From: Mantamonas sphyraenae STR306
Lineage: Eukaryota > Protista > CRuMs
Length of the DNA: 64,000 nt
Direction: 5' to 3'
Assembly (NCBI GenBank): GCA_026936335.1
Contig: JAPMXV010000045.1
Location: 248,001 to 312,000 of the forward strand
In this document: positions 44,777-55,844 of the stretch, one piece after another
Layout of the letters: each line of letters starts with the position of its first letter
Numbering within the stretch: position 1 is the stretch's first letter
Notes under the pieces: generated by a model
Seen by the model: the letters and a program-made list of their open reading frames with translations, nothing else
Told to the model about the DNA's origin: nothing
Database searches by the model: none
Program-made: the position numbers and the translations under genes

Positions 44777-47700
44777 CTACGAGGACGAGACGATGACGCA
44801 CCCTCCTCCTCGTTCACTAAAGCCGTTCGACGCTTGGCGACCTGGTTCATGGCCACAATGGCAGCCAACCTGTCAAAGGTCTGGTAAATGATGGTTTCTG
44901 TGCTGCGGTGGCCCAACAAGCGCTCGTACACGTCGATCTTGTTCTCCTGCAGAAACTGAAAGACGTCCTTCAGGCCCGGCATCACGTTGGCCCAAGCCAT
45001 GCCAGCTGGAGGGCAGAAGCCTTCAGGCGGCTGCATCAGGTGCGTTACATACGTGTCGATGGGCTCCTGCATCTCCTGCATCATCATGTTGATCTTGGTG
45101 GCCCAGTTGCCCTCAAACATGGTGTTGGTCACCGTGGCACGCACAACGCGCGCAAGCATCACCAGCGACGTCTTGACGTGCGGCGGAGGCGCATCCTTGC
45201 GCAGGCCAAATTTGTGGGGTGCTTGCAGCGCAGGCACAATCAGGCGTGTAAATACAAACGTTTTGATCATGCCCGCCGCCACAAACTCCGGCGGCTCCTC
45301 TGTGCGGTCGCTGATCACGTCGGCCTTCTCCAAAAAGAACTGGCACATTTTCTTTGCGTCCAGGTGCATAAAGTCGTGCTGCGTCACCACGTTCTCAATG
45401 ATGCTCGACGTGTACGAAATGACCAGCTTTGTGCTGTTGTTCGACTGGTAGAACGACTCCGCCTTGTCCGGGTTCACCTCCAGCACATCCTCGTCCTCCA
45501 ACGAGTAGATTTGGTCCACCACGGAGCTCACTGCCGCCTGCAGCCAGTCCTCACCCAGCAGCAGCTTAAAGTACTGCGAGAGCACACGCGCAGCCATCGA
45601 CACCTGCAGGTTCATCGCAGAGTGGAGCATCACCGCAGACTCTGCTCGCCTGTACTCTGCGCGCACAATGGCCTTGGCCAGCTTGCGTGACTCGTTGTGG
45701 TACTCAAACACCTTGATCAGGGCGTCTGCGAGCTGGTCTGCCTGTGTCGTGCTGGCCAGGTTCGGCGCAAGATCCACAATCACAAGGGGCAGTTGCATGT
45801 TGCACCCCTTCAGCATGTCTGCAAACTCAAACATAAAGTCGTTGGTGGTGTACGTGGACACCAGCTGCTTCTGCGACACGTACTTGGGTCGCTGCTCCGC
45901 ACCCTTGCCCCGTTCGCTGCCACGCCCCAACTTCTTGAACGACTGGGCCACCGACGCCGCACGTGCGCGGAACCCGCTGCGTCCAGACCCAGACGAGCTC
46001 GACGACGACCCGGCGCCCTCGTCCTCCACCACCTTGACCTGCACCGTGATCTCCTTCTTCTTGTTGCCCTGTGCCAGCACAGACAGCACCTTGTCGTTTG
46101 TCGTAAACGTCTGGTTGTCTGCAGACTCCACGCCGCTCAGCCGCTGGTTCATGTCCGGCAGCAGCGCACGCATGCTCTCTTCGATGGTGGACACCGCTGC
46201 CACCGCACGCTCCAAATCCTCCGCGGTCGAGTTTTCCAGAAACTCGCTTCGTGTCGCAAACACATCCCGTTCCACCTCTTCCACGTCCATGTCTGCGTCT
46301 TCCAGCTCCTCCATCAGGCTCTTGCCTCCCGACGCCTCCTCTTCGCCGCGCGTGTCCACCAGCTTCTGCTCTTGGATCTCAAACTCCTCTGGCAGCGTGC
46401 TCAGCTCGTCCATGAACGCGTCCACCTGCGCAATCACCTCATTCATCCAATCGTTCAGCGGCATCAGATGCTCCTTTTTCTTGTTGAACACCACCCCGTT
46501 GGCCACACACTGGATTACGTTGGTAAAGGTGATCAGCGCCAACCGCGCGCCCATGTGTGGTTCCTCCTCCATCAGACCAAACGCCTCTGGCGCCGCCAGT
46601 GCAGGGCACAGGAAGCGGAGGAAAAAGAAGCCAGCCACGGGCACGTTGACTTTGGTCGCATTGGGGAACTTGGCCGCCACATCCAGCTTCAGGTAGTGCG
46701 AGATCTGGCGCAGCTCCAAGGGCACGGCGTCCAGGTTGTTCACAATGGTGTCCACCAGTTCCTGGGCCAGGCTCTTCAGCGTGTCCAGGTTGTCCGCCAC
46801 ATCATGCACTGGGTTGCCGTCCAGATCCTTGCCAATCTTGGACGGGTCCACCTCCAGCCGGATGGCCATGTCAGGCTCGCAGATCTTTTCGATCGTGCCC
46901 AGAAGCACCTTGTGCATGTACTCGTTGGCCACCGTGGTCGAATAGTACGTCAACATCTTGGATGCCAGCGAATTCTGGCGAAACAAGGTGCTGGTTTGCT
47001 CTGTGTGTGTGTGTGTGGGGGGGGAGGTAGGGGTTGTTCGCAGTGGCGTCAGCGCACGTCGCAACACACAACACGAGCTAGCGACAACACACACGCGTGC
47101 AAACTTACTCGTTTTGGCCACCTCCTTGGAGATGCTGAGCTTGAGGAAGCGAATAAACTGCTTGTAGAAGCTGAAGCTGTCCACAATCTGCGGCACAATC
47201 TCCTTCCACTTCTTCGTGGACATGAGGACGTCGATATAGGCCTCGGCGACGGTAAAGTCTTTGCTCATGACACACTAGATGGTGAACGGGGGCGGGAAAT
47301 TCCGGTGTGGTGTGCGTTGTGTGTCAGTGGCGCTCCACGGGGGCTTGTGTGTGAAAGGACATGCCCGTTGGCTGCGCGTTGCGTGTCGTCTCTACGCATA
47401 CTGCGGCCGCACTGCAACACACGACACACCCCACGCAAGGGTTTGTGCTTCAATCACGTGCGGTCGGCCAGGGCATGACGGCGTGGCACGAGCGGCAACA
47501 TGCACACGGTGTGGGCACCGGCGTTTGCGAGACACGCACTTTTCTGCGCGAGGGACGCTTTGGGCAAAGAAAACGCAGGGCACTCGGTGCAGCTGGGGCA
47601 CACACACTTACCTCCAGGAACGGGGACATGTTTTCCAGGGCACTCTTGGCAAAGGAGAAGTCGTCGTAGCCCGAGACGTCAAAGCCGCCGCTGTTGGGCA

Positions 47701-48184
47701 GGAATGAGCGTAGCACCCACACGGGAATGGAGGTGCTGTTCGCTTCTCGCGCCGCTTCCAGGCGCTCTGTGGCGCTGTTGACCATCTGTTGCAGCTGTTT
47801 GCGACGTGTGATCTCCTCCTCGGAACGCTCTTCCTTCTGCTTGCCCGACTCCATCTGCAGCAGCATCTTGTGCGTGCGGCCGATAATCGTCTGCTTTCGT
47901 GTGAAAGCTCGCATGGTGCTCCGGTCCTGCTGGTTCGCCTCTTCCTCTCGTGCGTAAAACGACTCCAGTGTCTTCATTCGTGCTGACTCTTCTTTGGACA
48001 GCGTGCTCTCCGTCACCTCTGCGTCATCCTGCTGCCCGGCTTCGTCGCCATCCAGCACGCTGTCCAGCCAGTTGTACTTTGTCTCGTCAAACGCCTTGAT
48101 GGCTGTCGAGTCTCGCGACTTGGGGTTCTCCAGCGGCTCCTTGTGGGTTTCTGCCACCTCCACTTCGCCAAAGGAGACGGACAT
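44725..48184 (-). CDS. RasGAP protein with two tandem GAP-like domains, 3 exons
   Basis: Exons 48184-47612, 47274-47109, 47000-44725. Domain 1: TLFRQNSLASKML, LEVDPSK, GFFFLRFLCPALAAPEAFGL. Domain 2 degenerate: LEVNPDK, FVFTRLIVPALQAPHKFGL. Confidence 0.88.
44736..44773. repeat. (TC)n microsatellite encoding the RE-repeat tail of the RasGAP
   Basis: Read directly from sequence. Confidence 0.9.
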
Positions 48185-48269
48185 CGTCGCTGATGTGTGT
48201 TTCGCGTGTTGGTTCGGGCTGGGCTCCGCCCCACGGTCTCTCCAGACAAACAGTTGCCATTCAGACCCT

Positions 48270-50024
48270 TCACCGTTTCCTCTTCATTTGTTTCTTCTTT
48301 CCATTGCGGTCGTTGCTGTTTTTGACGTTGCGACACCCGTCAGCGACGATGTGGGTCAGGCAACCCGACCCCTTTTGCCACAGCAGCTCGATCGTGCTGT
48401 CGTCAATGTCTGTGGACGAAAGTGTCACGCGTTGAAGACGGCGTAGCTTGATCAGGGACGATCCGATGGATGCAGTGATTCGTGTGCACGCCAGGTCGAG
48501 CGTGCGCAGCGTATGCTTTGCGTTCCGGGACAAAGCCTTGCCGATTCCATCGTCCAGGTTGGCCAGTCCACGCAAAGACAAGTGCTCCAGGCGCGGTGAC
48601 GACTCGAGCAGTATCCTGACTCCTGCCTCGGTCACCTTTGGGCACCAGTCGAGGTTGCAAGTTTGCAGTTGTGGCAATCCATACGCACACAACTCTGCCA
48701 GTGCGTCGTCGTCAACCTCTCGACAGACGCGCAGGTCGATCAAACGCAGAGTTTGGCTGCATAACGACGCAATGGTGCTCAGAGTCGTTCCGTCGAGTTC
48801 GTGGATCCATCGCAACCACAGGCATTGAATCTCTGGCGGAGACTCTGCTTTGTTGCGCGCGCGATGCCACAGCTTCAGCGACGAATCCAACACACGCCCT
48901 GGGATGCGTTTTCCACCGGACAGGTCGATGCTGTGCAGTGTGGTTGCTGCAGAATGGAACAGGCGGCACACATTCATGGGTGCAGTGTTGAGCACACGCG
49001 TACACGAGTCCAGACGCACACACTCGAGTGTACGCAAGTTACAATAGTGGTCACGAAACGGCATGGTGTCCACCTCATTCGCATGGGTGAGCTCGAGCGT
49101 TTTGAGCGTGGTTCGCCACGTGTCCAGTGCAGGCAACCCAAGGTTGGTCACATTGCGTGCCTTGTTGAGCACCAGATGCTCCAGAGATGTGCATTGCTTG
49201 CTGAGGTTGTGCAGAAGGCCGTCACCTGCAATGTCACTGTGCAGCTCGAAGCGAAGCAGATTCGGCGGCAGGCATCCGTCCGTTTCCTGTTCCAGCGTTG
49301 AAGAAAGGTGCTTAGGCATCCCATCAAGGCACATGGTGAGTGATTGCAGCCCGCAGCACGCAGAGAGAGTGTTGCTCAGCGAATCTGGCCGTGTCCCAAG
49401 CGACAATTTTACAGACAGCGATCTCAACGAGGAAGCGGACGACGAAGCCACCAACGCTTCGAGAACCGTACTGCCACAGGTGGGTCCACTCAGGTCCCTG
49501 TCCCAACAGGTCAGTGTGTCCAGAACAGGCAGAGCGTCTGCGTTGAACGCGGAAGCAACGGAGTCGGTCAAACTCAGCCGTGTGCATCCGCTGACATCCA
49601 GAGATTGAAGGAGAGGCACATCGAGCAATGGGACAAAGGTAAGCTTGTGGAGGCCGCGCAGACACAGATGCTGCAGCTGCGCGGCGGTTTGTTGGATCAA
49701 CGGAGCAAGTCCGTCGTCGCTGACGCGTCCACAGTGCGACAAGTTCAGGTGATACGCCCACTGAAAGGTGCTCGACTCGGTAAGACTGTACAGGGTTTGG
49801 TCATCGATGCGCCATGCGCCTTGGTCGAGGCGTGCGGGCGCGTCTCCGAAAAGATGCCGCAGGAACTCGCGGTGGCATTCGTGCAGCCACGAGCAGGTGC
49901 ATGCCAGGTTGACCCGAGACCCGCCGTCCAACCAGGCGTAAATGTCGATCATTCGCTCAATGGGCAAGGCGAGCATGCCTGCGGGCGGGTCCTCGCCATC
50001 GGCGTCGTCCTCACCTGAACTCAT
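48270..50024 (-). CDS. F-box/leucine-rich-repeat protein (FBXL-like)
   Basis: LALPIERMIDIYAWLD..NLACTCSWLH F-box followed by Cys-containing LRRs (LNLSHCGRVSDDGL, LDVSGCTRL, NLDWCPKVTEAGV). Confidence 0.85.
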   Translation of the reverse strand: MSSGEDDADGEDPPAGMLALPIERMIDIYAWLDGGSRVNLACTCSWLHECHREFLRHLFGDAPARLDQGAWRIDDQTLYSLTESSTFQWAYHLNLSHCGRVSDDGLAPLIQQTAAQLQHLCLRGLHKLTFVPLLDVPLLQSLDVSGCTRLSLTDSVASAFNADALPVLDTLTCWDRDLSGPTCGSTVLEALVASSSASSLRSLSVKLSLGTRPDSLSNTLSACCGLQSLTMCLDGMPKHLSSTLEQETDGCLPPNLLRFELHSDIAGDGLLHNLSKQCTSLEHLVLNKARNVTNLGLPALDTWRTTLKTLELTHANEVDTMPFRDHYCNLRTLECVRLDSCTRVLNTAPMNVCRLFHSAATTLHSIDLSGGKRIPGRVLDSSLKLWHRARNKAESPPEIQCLWLRWIHELDGTTLSTIASLCSQTLRLIDLRVCREVDDDALAELCAYGLPQLQTCNLDWCPKVTEAGVRILLESSPRLEHLSLRGLANLDDGIGKALSRNAKHTLRTLDLACTRITASIGSSLIKLRRLQRVTLSSTDIDDSTIELLWQKGSGCLTHIVADGCRNVKNSNDRNGKKKQMKRKR

Positions 50025-50106
50025 CCACCTTGTGTTGGCGTGTTGCGCGCCCAATGACGGTGTTGCATTCCTTCATGATAGTCAATCCATCCCATCCGGT
50101 CCCCCT

Positions 50107-51560
50107 TTAGACACTCTGCACATCCAGAGCAGAAGCACGGCCGTCCCAGCTGGCTTCAATCTCCTCACATCGCTCCCAATCGCCCAGGTAAAGGACGGCA
50201 ATGGCGTCGTAGCCGCCTGCGCCTGGGACACACGCCAGCAACACGCCAGGCTGTGCCAGCGTGTCGTCCAACAGCTCACTCTGGCTCTCAGGCTCGATGG
50301 GCACGCCAGCACCCTCGCCCATCTGCTTCTGCAATGCCCGTGCCTTTGCATGTGCATCGCGCACTGCCACCAGAGCCATGGCCACTGCGTTCTCGTGTTG
50401 CATGGAGCTCCATTCTGCGTATGTGCATGTGCTGCACGCCTGCATCTGCTCGTCGTATCCAGATTCCTTTTCCAGCTCCACCAGCCCTGCCAGCGCCTCC
50501 TCCACTGCACTGTTGGCCTGTGCCAGCTCGTCCCACACCTCTTGCGCCCCATCCTGTGAGGAGACCCACGCAAGCACCTTGCGCACCATGCTGGGTGTCT
50601 CTGAGCCGCCGTTGACGTCGCCCAGCATCAGATTCAGTCCACGAGCCAGACGGAATGGGTCGTGCAGGCCATCCCAGGCACAGTCGACCACATTGAGGAG
50701 TGCAGAGCCGTCCAGTGCGCCGGACTCTGCTTGTTCAAGGGCCTCCTGGAGCAGCGAGGCGCTGAAACGCACGTACACCTGTGAGCCGTACACCGCCGAG
50801 CTGACGTCGAAACCAGATCCCACCTTGCCCTGTGCCAGACAGTGGCAGAACTGGGCTGTGTTGTGCAGCAATCGCATGTCGTGGGCCTTCCAGTCGACCT
50901 GAAGAAAGTCCAGGAGCACCCAGACGACGCTGGTGACGAGGGCGGCGCTACTGCCCAGTCCCGTCTTGTTCACCTCGTCCAGGGCCAAAAAGGGCTCCAG
51001 TTTGCGCAGGCTGGCCACACACACAGGCTGGTCACTCTCCTCCAGACGTTGCTTTTGGCTGTAAAAGGCGTTTGCGCCGCGCACCTGCAAGCGAATGCCG
51101 CCGCTGCAGCGATCCCACACTGCGTCTGCGCCCAGCAACGCCACAGCCACTTCCACGCTGTACCGCACCGCCGTTTCCACATACTTGTTGTGCACAAAGT
51201 CCTGCTGCGGGACACCTCGGCTACTGCTGTGTTCGCCTGCGAGGGTGACCCACCACCACCACCACCACCACCTCCACCTCCTCCTTCCGTGTCCAGTGTC
51301 ACTGCGTAGTCACTCTCCACCTGAAACTGCGGCGACTCCAGCTGCAGGGTAAAAACACGTGCGGATGCGCCGTCTTTGTCGCCACTGCTGCTGCGTGGGG
51401 CTTCCAGCGCACACAGGTTGCTCTCAAACTTTGCATCGAGGCCGAGGACGAGGCCGCGGTTGGGTGCCTTGAGCACCAGGTAGCCACCGGTGAGAAGGAC
51501 CTTGCCCGGGGCCCGGGCGCTGTGGGACCAGTTGTAGGATTGTGAGACGGGGGAGGACAT
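50107..51560 (-). CDS. ERG8: Phosphomevalonate kinase, ERG8 (GHMP, fungal/plant) type; apparent frameshift near 51250
   Basis: APGKVLLTGGYLVL, SPQF, KTGLGSSAALVTS, HCLAQGKVGSGFDVSSAVYGS, GGSETPSMV, VPIEP, VPGAGGYDAI. Split across two frames at a GGT repeat. Confidence 0.9.
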
Positions 51561-51622
51561 GGGACTCGATGGCGGCGCGTGCGCAGGCAGGGAAAAAACA
51601 CACGAGCGAAACACACAAACGC

Positions 51623-54433
51623 ATGAGCACATCCGGTGGCAGCCTGTCGGGCGGCGGCACGGACGCTTCTGCGTTGGCGTACACGGCGCATGAGTACTTT
51701 CAGAAGCAAGAGTACGCGACGGCGTTGGAGTACCTGGAGGAGCTGCTTGCACAGAAGCAGTCGTCGAGCGAGGAGCTGAGCATCCAACACAACATTGCGG
51801 TCACCAAATACTACCAACAGGGGTGTCGCAACCCAGAGACGCTTCTGGACTCGTTGCAGAAGCTGAACGACAGCGTTCTGGCCCAAGCGGAGAAGGAGGC
51901 CTCGAGAAGCACTGCGGGACAGAGCACAGAGGCAAAGGCAAAGGCACACGCAGCTCGCAGTAGCGTGGCACACGTGCTCTATAACCAGGCCCTGGTGTAC
52001 ATACAACTGCGGCGATGGAGCCGGGCCGCCTCCCTGTTGTCCCACCTCTTTGGCCAGCTGGACCAACTGCAAACCACCTTTGCCATCTCTGTGTGCTTCC
52101 TGTGCCTGCAACTGCACCTTGCCTGTCAAAATGTCGACCAGGCCCTGCGCGTCATCGATCTCGTAGAGCAGCAACTGCTGGAACACACCCAGGCCGACGA
52201 GGAGCTCGGTGAGTTGTCGTCGTTCATTGCAAAAGCCCTCTTCCACACCACCTGGACGCCACACGCGCCACCCTGCCTTCGCCCACGCTGCTCCTTCACA
52301 CATGCCATGCCCTCGCGTGCCTTGCCCCTGTCTTTGGCAAACAGATGTGTGTGGAGCGTGTGTGTCCAGCGTCCGTGAGCCGTGTGGACGCGTGCCTTGC
52401 AAACGCCGGAACCAAATGCCCCGGATCGGCGGCGGGAACGACGCCTAGGCACGTGGCAACGGAACAACGCACCACACGGATGTTGTGGACGAGCGGGTGG
52501 CGCACCATGGGCACCGCCATGTGGGCATGGAGTTGTTGGGAAAGACCAGAGGGCTTTGAGACAGGCCCACACACGCTTGCTGACACGGCACACATTCACG
52601 CGCCACAGAACTGGACGACGACGGAAAGCCCACTTACGCACAGCAGGTGTCGTCAGCACCCGGCGAACCGCCAGTATGGACAACTGCGCGTGTACAGGCA
52701 CTGCTGCACGTGTACCGTGCCATGGCGTTGCTGCAGAAGGGCACGGTGAAGCAAACGCGGCGAGAGCTCAAGTCTGCGCTGTCTGTGCGCAGCCAGAGTC
52801 CCACAGCGATGTTTGTCAAGGCCAACCTGGAGTACCTGCGCTTCAATCATCGCAAGGCCATCAAGGTGCTGGCACAGAGCTTCCAGCTGCACAATCTGGC
52901 GAACGAGGAGGAGGCCGGGAGCGTGGATCTCGGCGGCACATCGAGGCTGGACAACGAGCTGCTGAACCTGGTCATCCCTGCGTACTACTTCAACAACCTG
53001 GGCTGCCTGGAGTTCCAGCAGGGCAAGTTTAGCGCAGCGGCAGCCTATTTTGCCAAGGCGTTTGCGGAGAACGACCACGTGTACAGCAGTCGCATCATGC
53101 CCTCGGCAGGTCAGTCCAAATCGCTGCCCTCCTTTGCCAAGGATCGCAAGCCGCAGATTTTGTACAACTGCGGCTTGCAGCTGCTGCTCACGGGCAAGCC
53201 CGAGAGTGCTTTCCGCTGCTTTATGCAGGCCAGCTGCGAGTACTATTCGCATCCGCTGCTGTGGCTGCGCACCGCCGAGTGCTGTGTGGCTGCGTACACA
53301 GTGTCCATCTGTGACGCCCTGCGTGGCCACCAGAGCGACCTGGTGTTGGCCGTACACCCTGCGGAGAACAACAAGAGCCACATCCGCCTCAACACAAACT
53401 ACCACGTGCCCAGCGACCTCTTTCTCAAGCGGGACCTGCTGGCCACACACACACGCTCCACAGAAGGGAACGGCTGGTCAGAAGACCTGCTGGAGCTCAG
53501 CAAGGAGCTGCCCACACCCACCTTGCGTTTTGCGGTCAAGTGCCTGCACAACGCAGAGGCGCTGCTGCTCAAGCGCGGCCTGTTTTGGCGCAAGGGAAAC
53601 AGTGGTAACAGCGGATCCAGCAGCAGCAGCAACAGCAACAACGGCGGCGGCGGCGACAATGGAAACGGCGACGAAGAAGCTGGAAACGGCAACGGGCACA
53701 ACTCGGTGGCCGCGACGCTTCAGGTGCGCTCGCTGTCTGGGGGTGCAGCCAACAGTGTGGAAGACCTGCAGATGAAAGTGCAGCTGAACCTTGCGTTTGT
53801 GTGGTTGTGTCTGGACTCGCCACTGGAGGCATACGCGGCGGCCGACAAGGCCATCCAGCTGCTGAACGTGCTGGGCACGCGCCATCAGACGCTGAAAAGC
53901 GAGGAGGACGAAGTGCTGCCTTCTGTGCACGCGGGCAAGGCCAAGATGGGGGCCGATGGCGAGGAGGGTGGAGATCAGGCAGGCAGGAGCGAGGAGGCGG
54001 CCTCAAGGCAAGCCTGCTGACCAAATGGCAACAGAGGCAGCACATGCTGCGCCAGAACCTGTTCCAGGCCAACATGTATGCTGCAGAGGCGCTGTTCAAG
54101 ATGGATCGCCTGTCGGAAGCACTGGTGCACCTGACGCCGTCCAAGATGCTGAGTGAGGAGGCCATCACGGCTTCGCAGCAGGTCAAGTATTACCAGGTGC
54201 CGTTCCTGGACGAGCGATACATTGAGCCTGGGAGCGAGCAGTCGCGTGCGGCGCTGTTTGTCAACCTGGCGTGCGTTTGCATCGCGCAGGGCGATTTTCA
54301 CGGCGCGCTCAAGGCTGTGACGAGTGCACATCTGGCCTGGCCGCAGAGCACGCACGCACGTCTGCTCATGGTGTATCTGGAGATGAAGGCGGGCAACAAG
54401 CAGAGTGCATTGGAGGTGCTGAAGCGACGCTAG
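51623..54433 (+). CDS. CNOT10: CCR4-NOT subunit 10 (TPR), 2 exons; apparent 1-nt deletion near 54001
   Basis: Exon 51623-52208, intron 52209-52608. HNIAV, LYNQAL, KANLEYL..KAIK, NNLGC, ILYNCGLQLLLTGKP..AFRCF, PLLWLRTAECC, MYAAEAL, LFVNLA. Confidence 0.88.
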
Positions 54434-55797
54434 TTGTCGGCATCCGAGTCGTCGGAATCGGGCACAACCTCCACGACGCCGTCGTTGTCGTCGTAGGGCT
54501 GCACACCTTTGGATGAGATAAAATAGAGCACCGATGCACTGGGCAGATGTGGGGCGAGTGTAACACGTGCGCGACGGACGCCTACCGCTGTAGGTTGGCC
54601 GTCGGTGCCCGTGACGTCTGTGGTGATGGCTGTCTTGGTGAGGGTGACACGTACGTTGACGCAGTTGGACCACGAGAGGCCCATGCTGGGCATGGAGGAG
54701 GATGATGATGATGAGGAGGAGGATGAGGAGGCAGTGAGCGAAAGCCAGCCCGTCTGGCCGTGATTGTGTGCACTTTCTGTGCGCTCCCAGCCCATGAGCA
54801 TCTCGCTGGAGGCGGTGAGGTCTGTTTCAAACAGGGACGTGACCTGGTTGGTGACCATGACACAGCACTCGTGCTGCTCGCTGTACATCTTGAGCAGGTT
54901 TGCCTGGCGAAACAGGAAGCGTGATCGCTCGGCCAAAGATGAGGACGAGGAGGAGTCGTCAAAGGCGGAACGCGTGAGGGCGGCGATGCTGTCGACCACA
55001 AGTAGTTTGATCGACCGCTTTGCAAAGAGCTGCGGCAAGCGGTCATGGAGGAGGTGCCACTGCTCGTCCATGCTGTGCACACTCTCGACGTAGATGTTTT
55101 CACAGAGGTCCAGGTCAGTGTCGAGGGCATACTGGAGCTTGAAATGCTCCTCAAGTTGTTTGAGGCGACGCAGAGGTGGTGTGCCTTCGGTGCACACATA
55201 CATGGCATAGCCGTCCAGTCCGCCGTACTGCACGGGCAGCTGGGATTGAAGCAGTAGTTGAAGCATCAATTGGGTCTTGCCACACGAGGCAGCACCGGCC
55301 ACCTCGTTGAGCCCCTGGGCAGGGAAGCCACCGCGGAGAGCTCGGTCAAGCGGCAGACAGCCCGTGGCAAGGCGATGTCCAACGCCGCCAGTGAGGATAA
55401 AGGCGTCTAGATCCACGCTGGAGCGTTTGTCTTGCTCTTGCTGATCGTTGGGGCCGTCGGCGTCGTCGACCACCACGTCCGTGCGGGTGAGCGATTCCTG
55501 ATCAGCAGCCACCGGTTCCTGCGGCGCCTCCAGACCGCTCCAATGGACAAAAGCGTCCCAGGCGGTGGGCGGATCCAGTAAATCTGTGTCGGGCCACAAG
55601 AGCCGATCGACGGCAGAGCGCACGAGGGCACTCTGGGCGTCGGAGAGACCGAAGCCGCGGAGGTCTGGATCACTGAGCAGGAAGACCTGCTCGACCTCCT
55701 GGACGCCTTTGCTCTCGAGCCTCTGCAGACACTCGCGCAGCTGTGAGAGGTCTGCTTCGCTCCACTGGGCGCCCAGGGCAGTGAGGGAATCAAGCAT
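54430..55797 (-). CDS. XRCC3: RAD51 paralog, XRCC3-like
   Basis: LATGCLPLDRALRGG, EVAGAASCGKTQL.LQLLL..QLP...GGL, YVCTEG.PP..RL.QL, LLVVDSIAAL.R, VTNQV, PSMGLSWSNCV..R, APHLP. Confidence 0.85.
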   Translation of the reverse strand: MLDSLTALGAQWSEADLSQLRECLQRLESKGVQEVEQVFLLSDPDLRGFGLSDAQSALVRSAVDRLLWPDTDLLDPPTAWDAFVHWSGLEAPQEPVAADQESLTRTDVVVDDADGPNDQQEQDKRSSVDLDAFILTGGVGHRLATGCLPLDRALRGGFPAQGLNEVAGAASCGKTQLMLQLLLQSQLPVQYGGLDGYAMYVCTEGTPPLRRLKQLEEHFKLQYALDTDLDLCENIYVESVHSMDEQWHLLHDRLPQLFAKRSIKLLVVDSIAALTRSAFDDSSSSSSLAERSRFLFRQANLLKMYSEQHECCVMVTNQVTSLFETDLTASSEMLMGWERTESAHNHGQTGWLSLTASSSSSSSSSSSSMPSMGLSWSNCVNVRVTLTKTAITTDVTGTDGQPTAVGVRRARVTLAPHLPSASVLYFISSKGVQPYDDNDGVVEVVPDSDDSDADN

Positions 55798-55844
55798 GGG
55801 TGGGGGCGGCGGCGCTCCGGCGCACGCGCAAGCGCATGCAAGGA

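Noticed and set aside
4370-50024. Ubiquitin-system gene cluster (APC11, UBA1 pair, Kelch, UBR-PHD, FBXL)
   Set aside because: These families are abundant and are interspersed with unrelated genes; enrichment cannot be shown.
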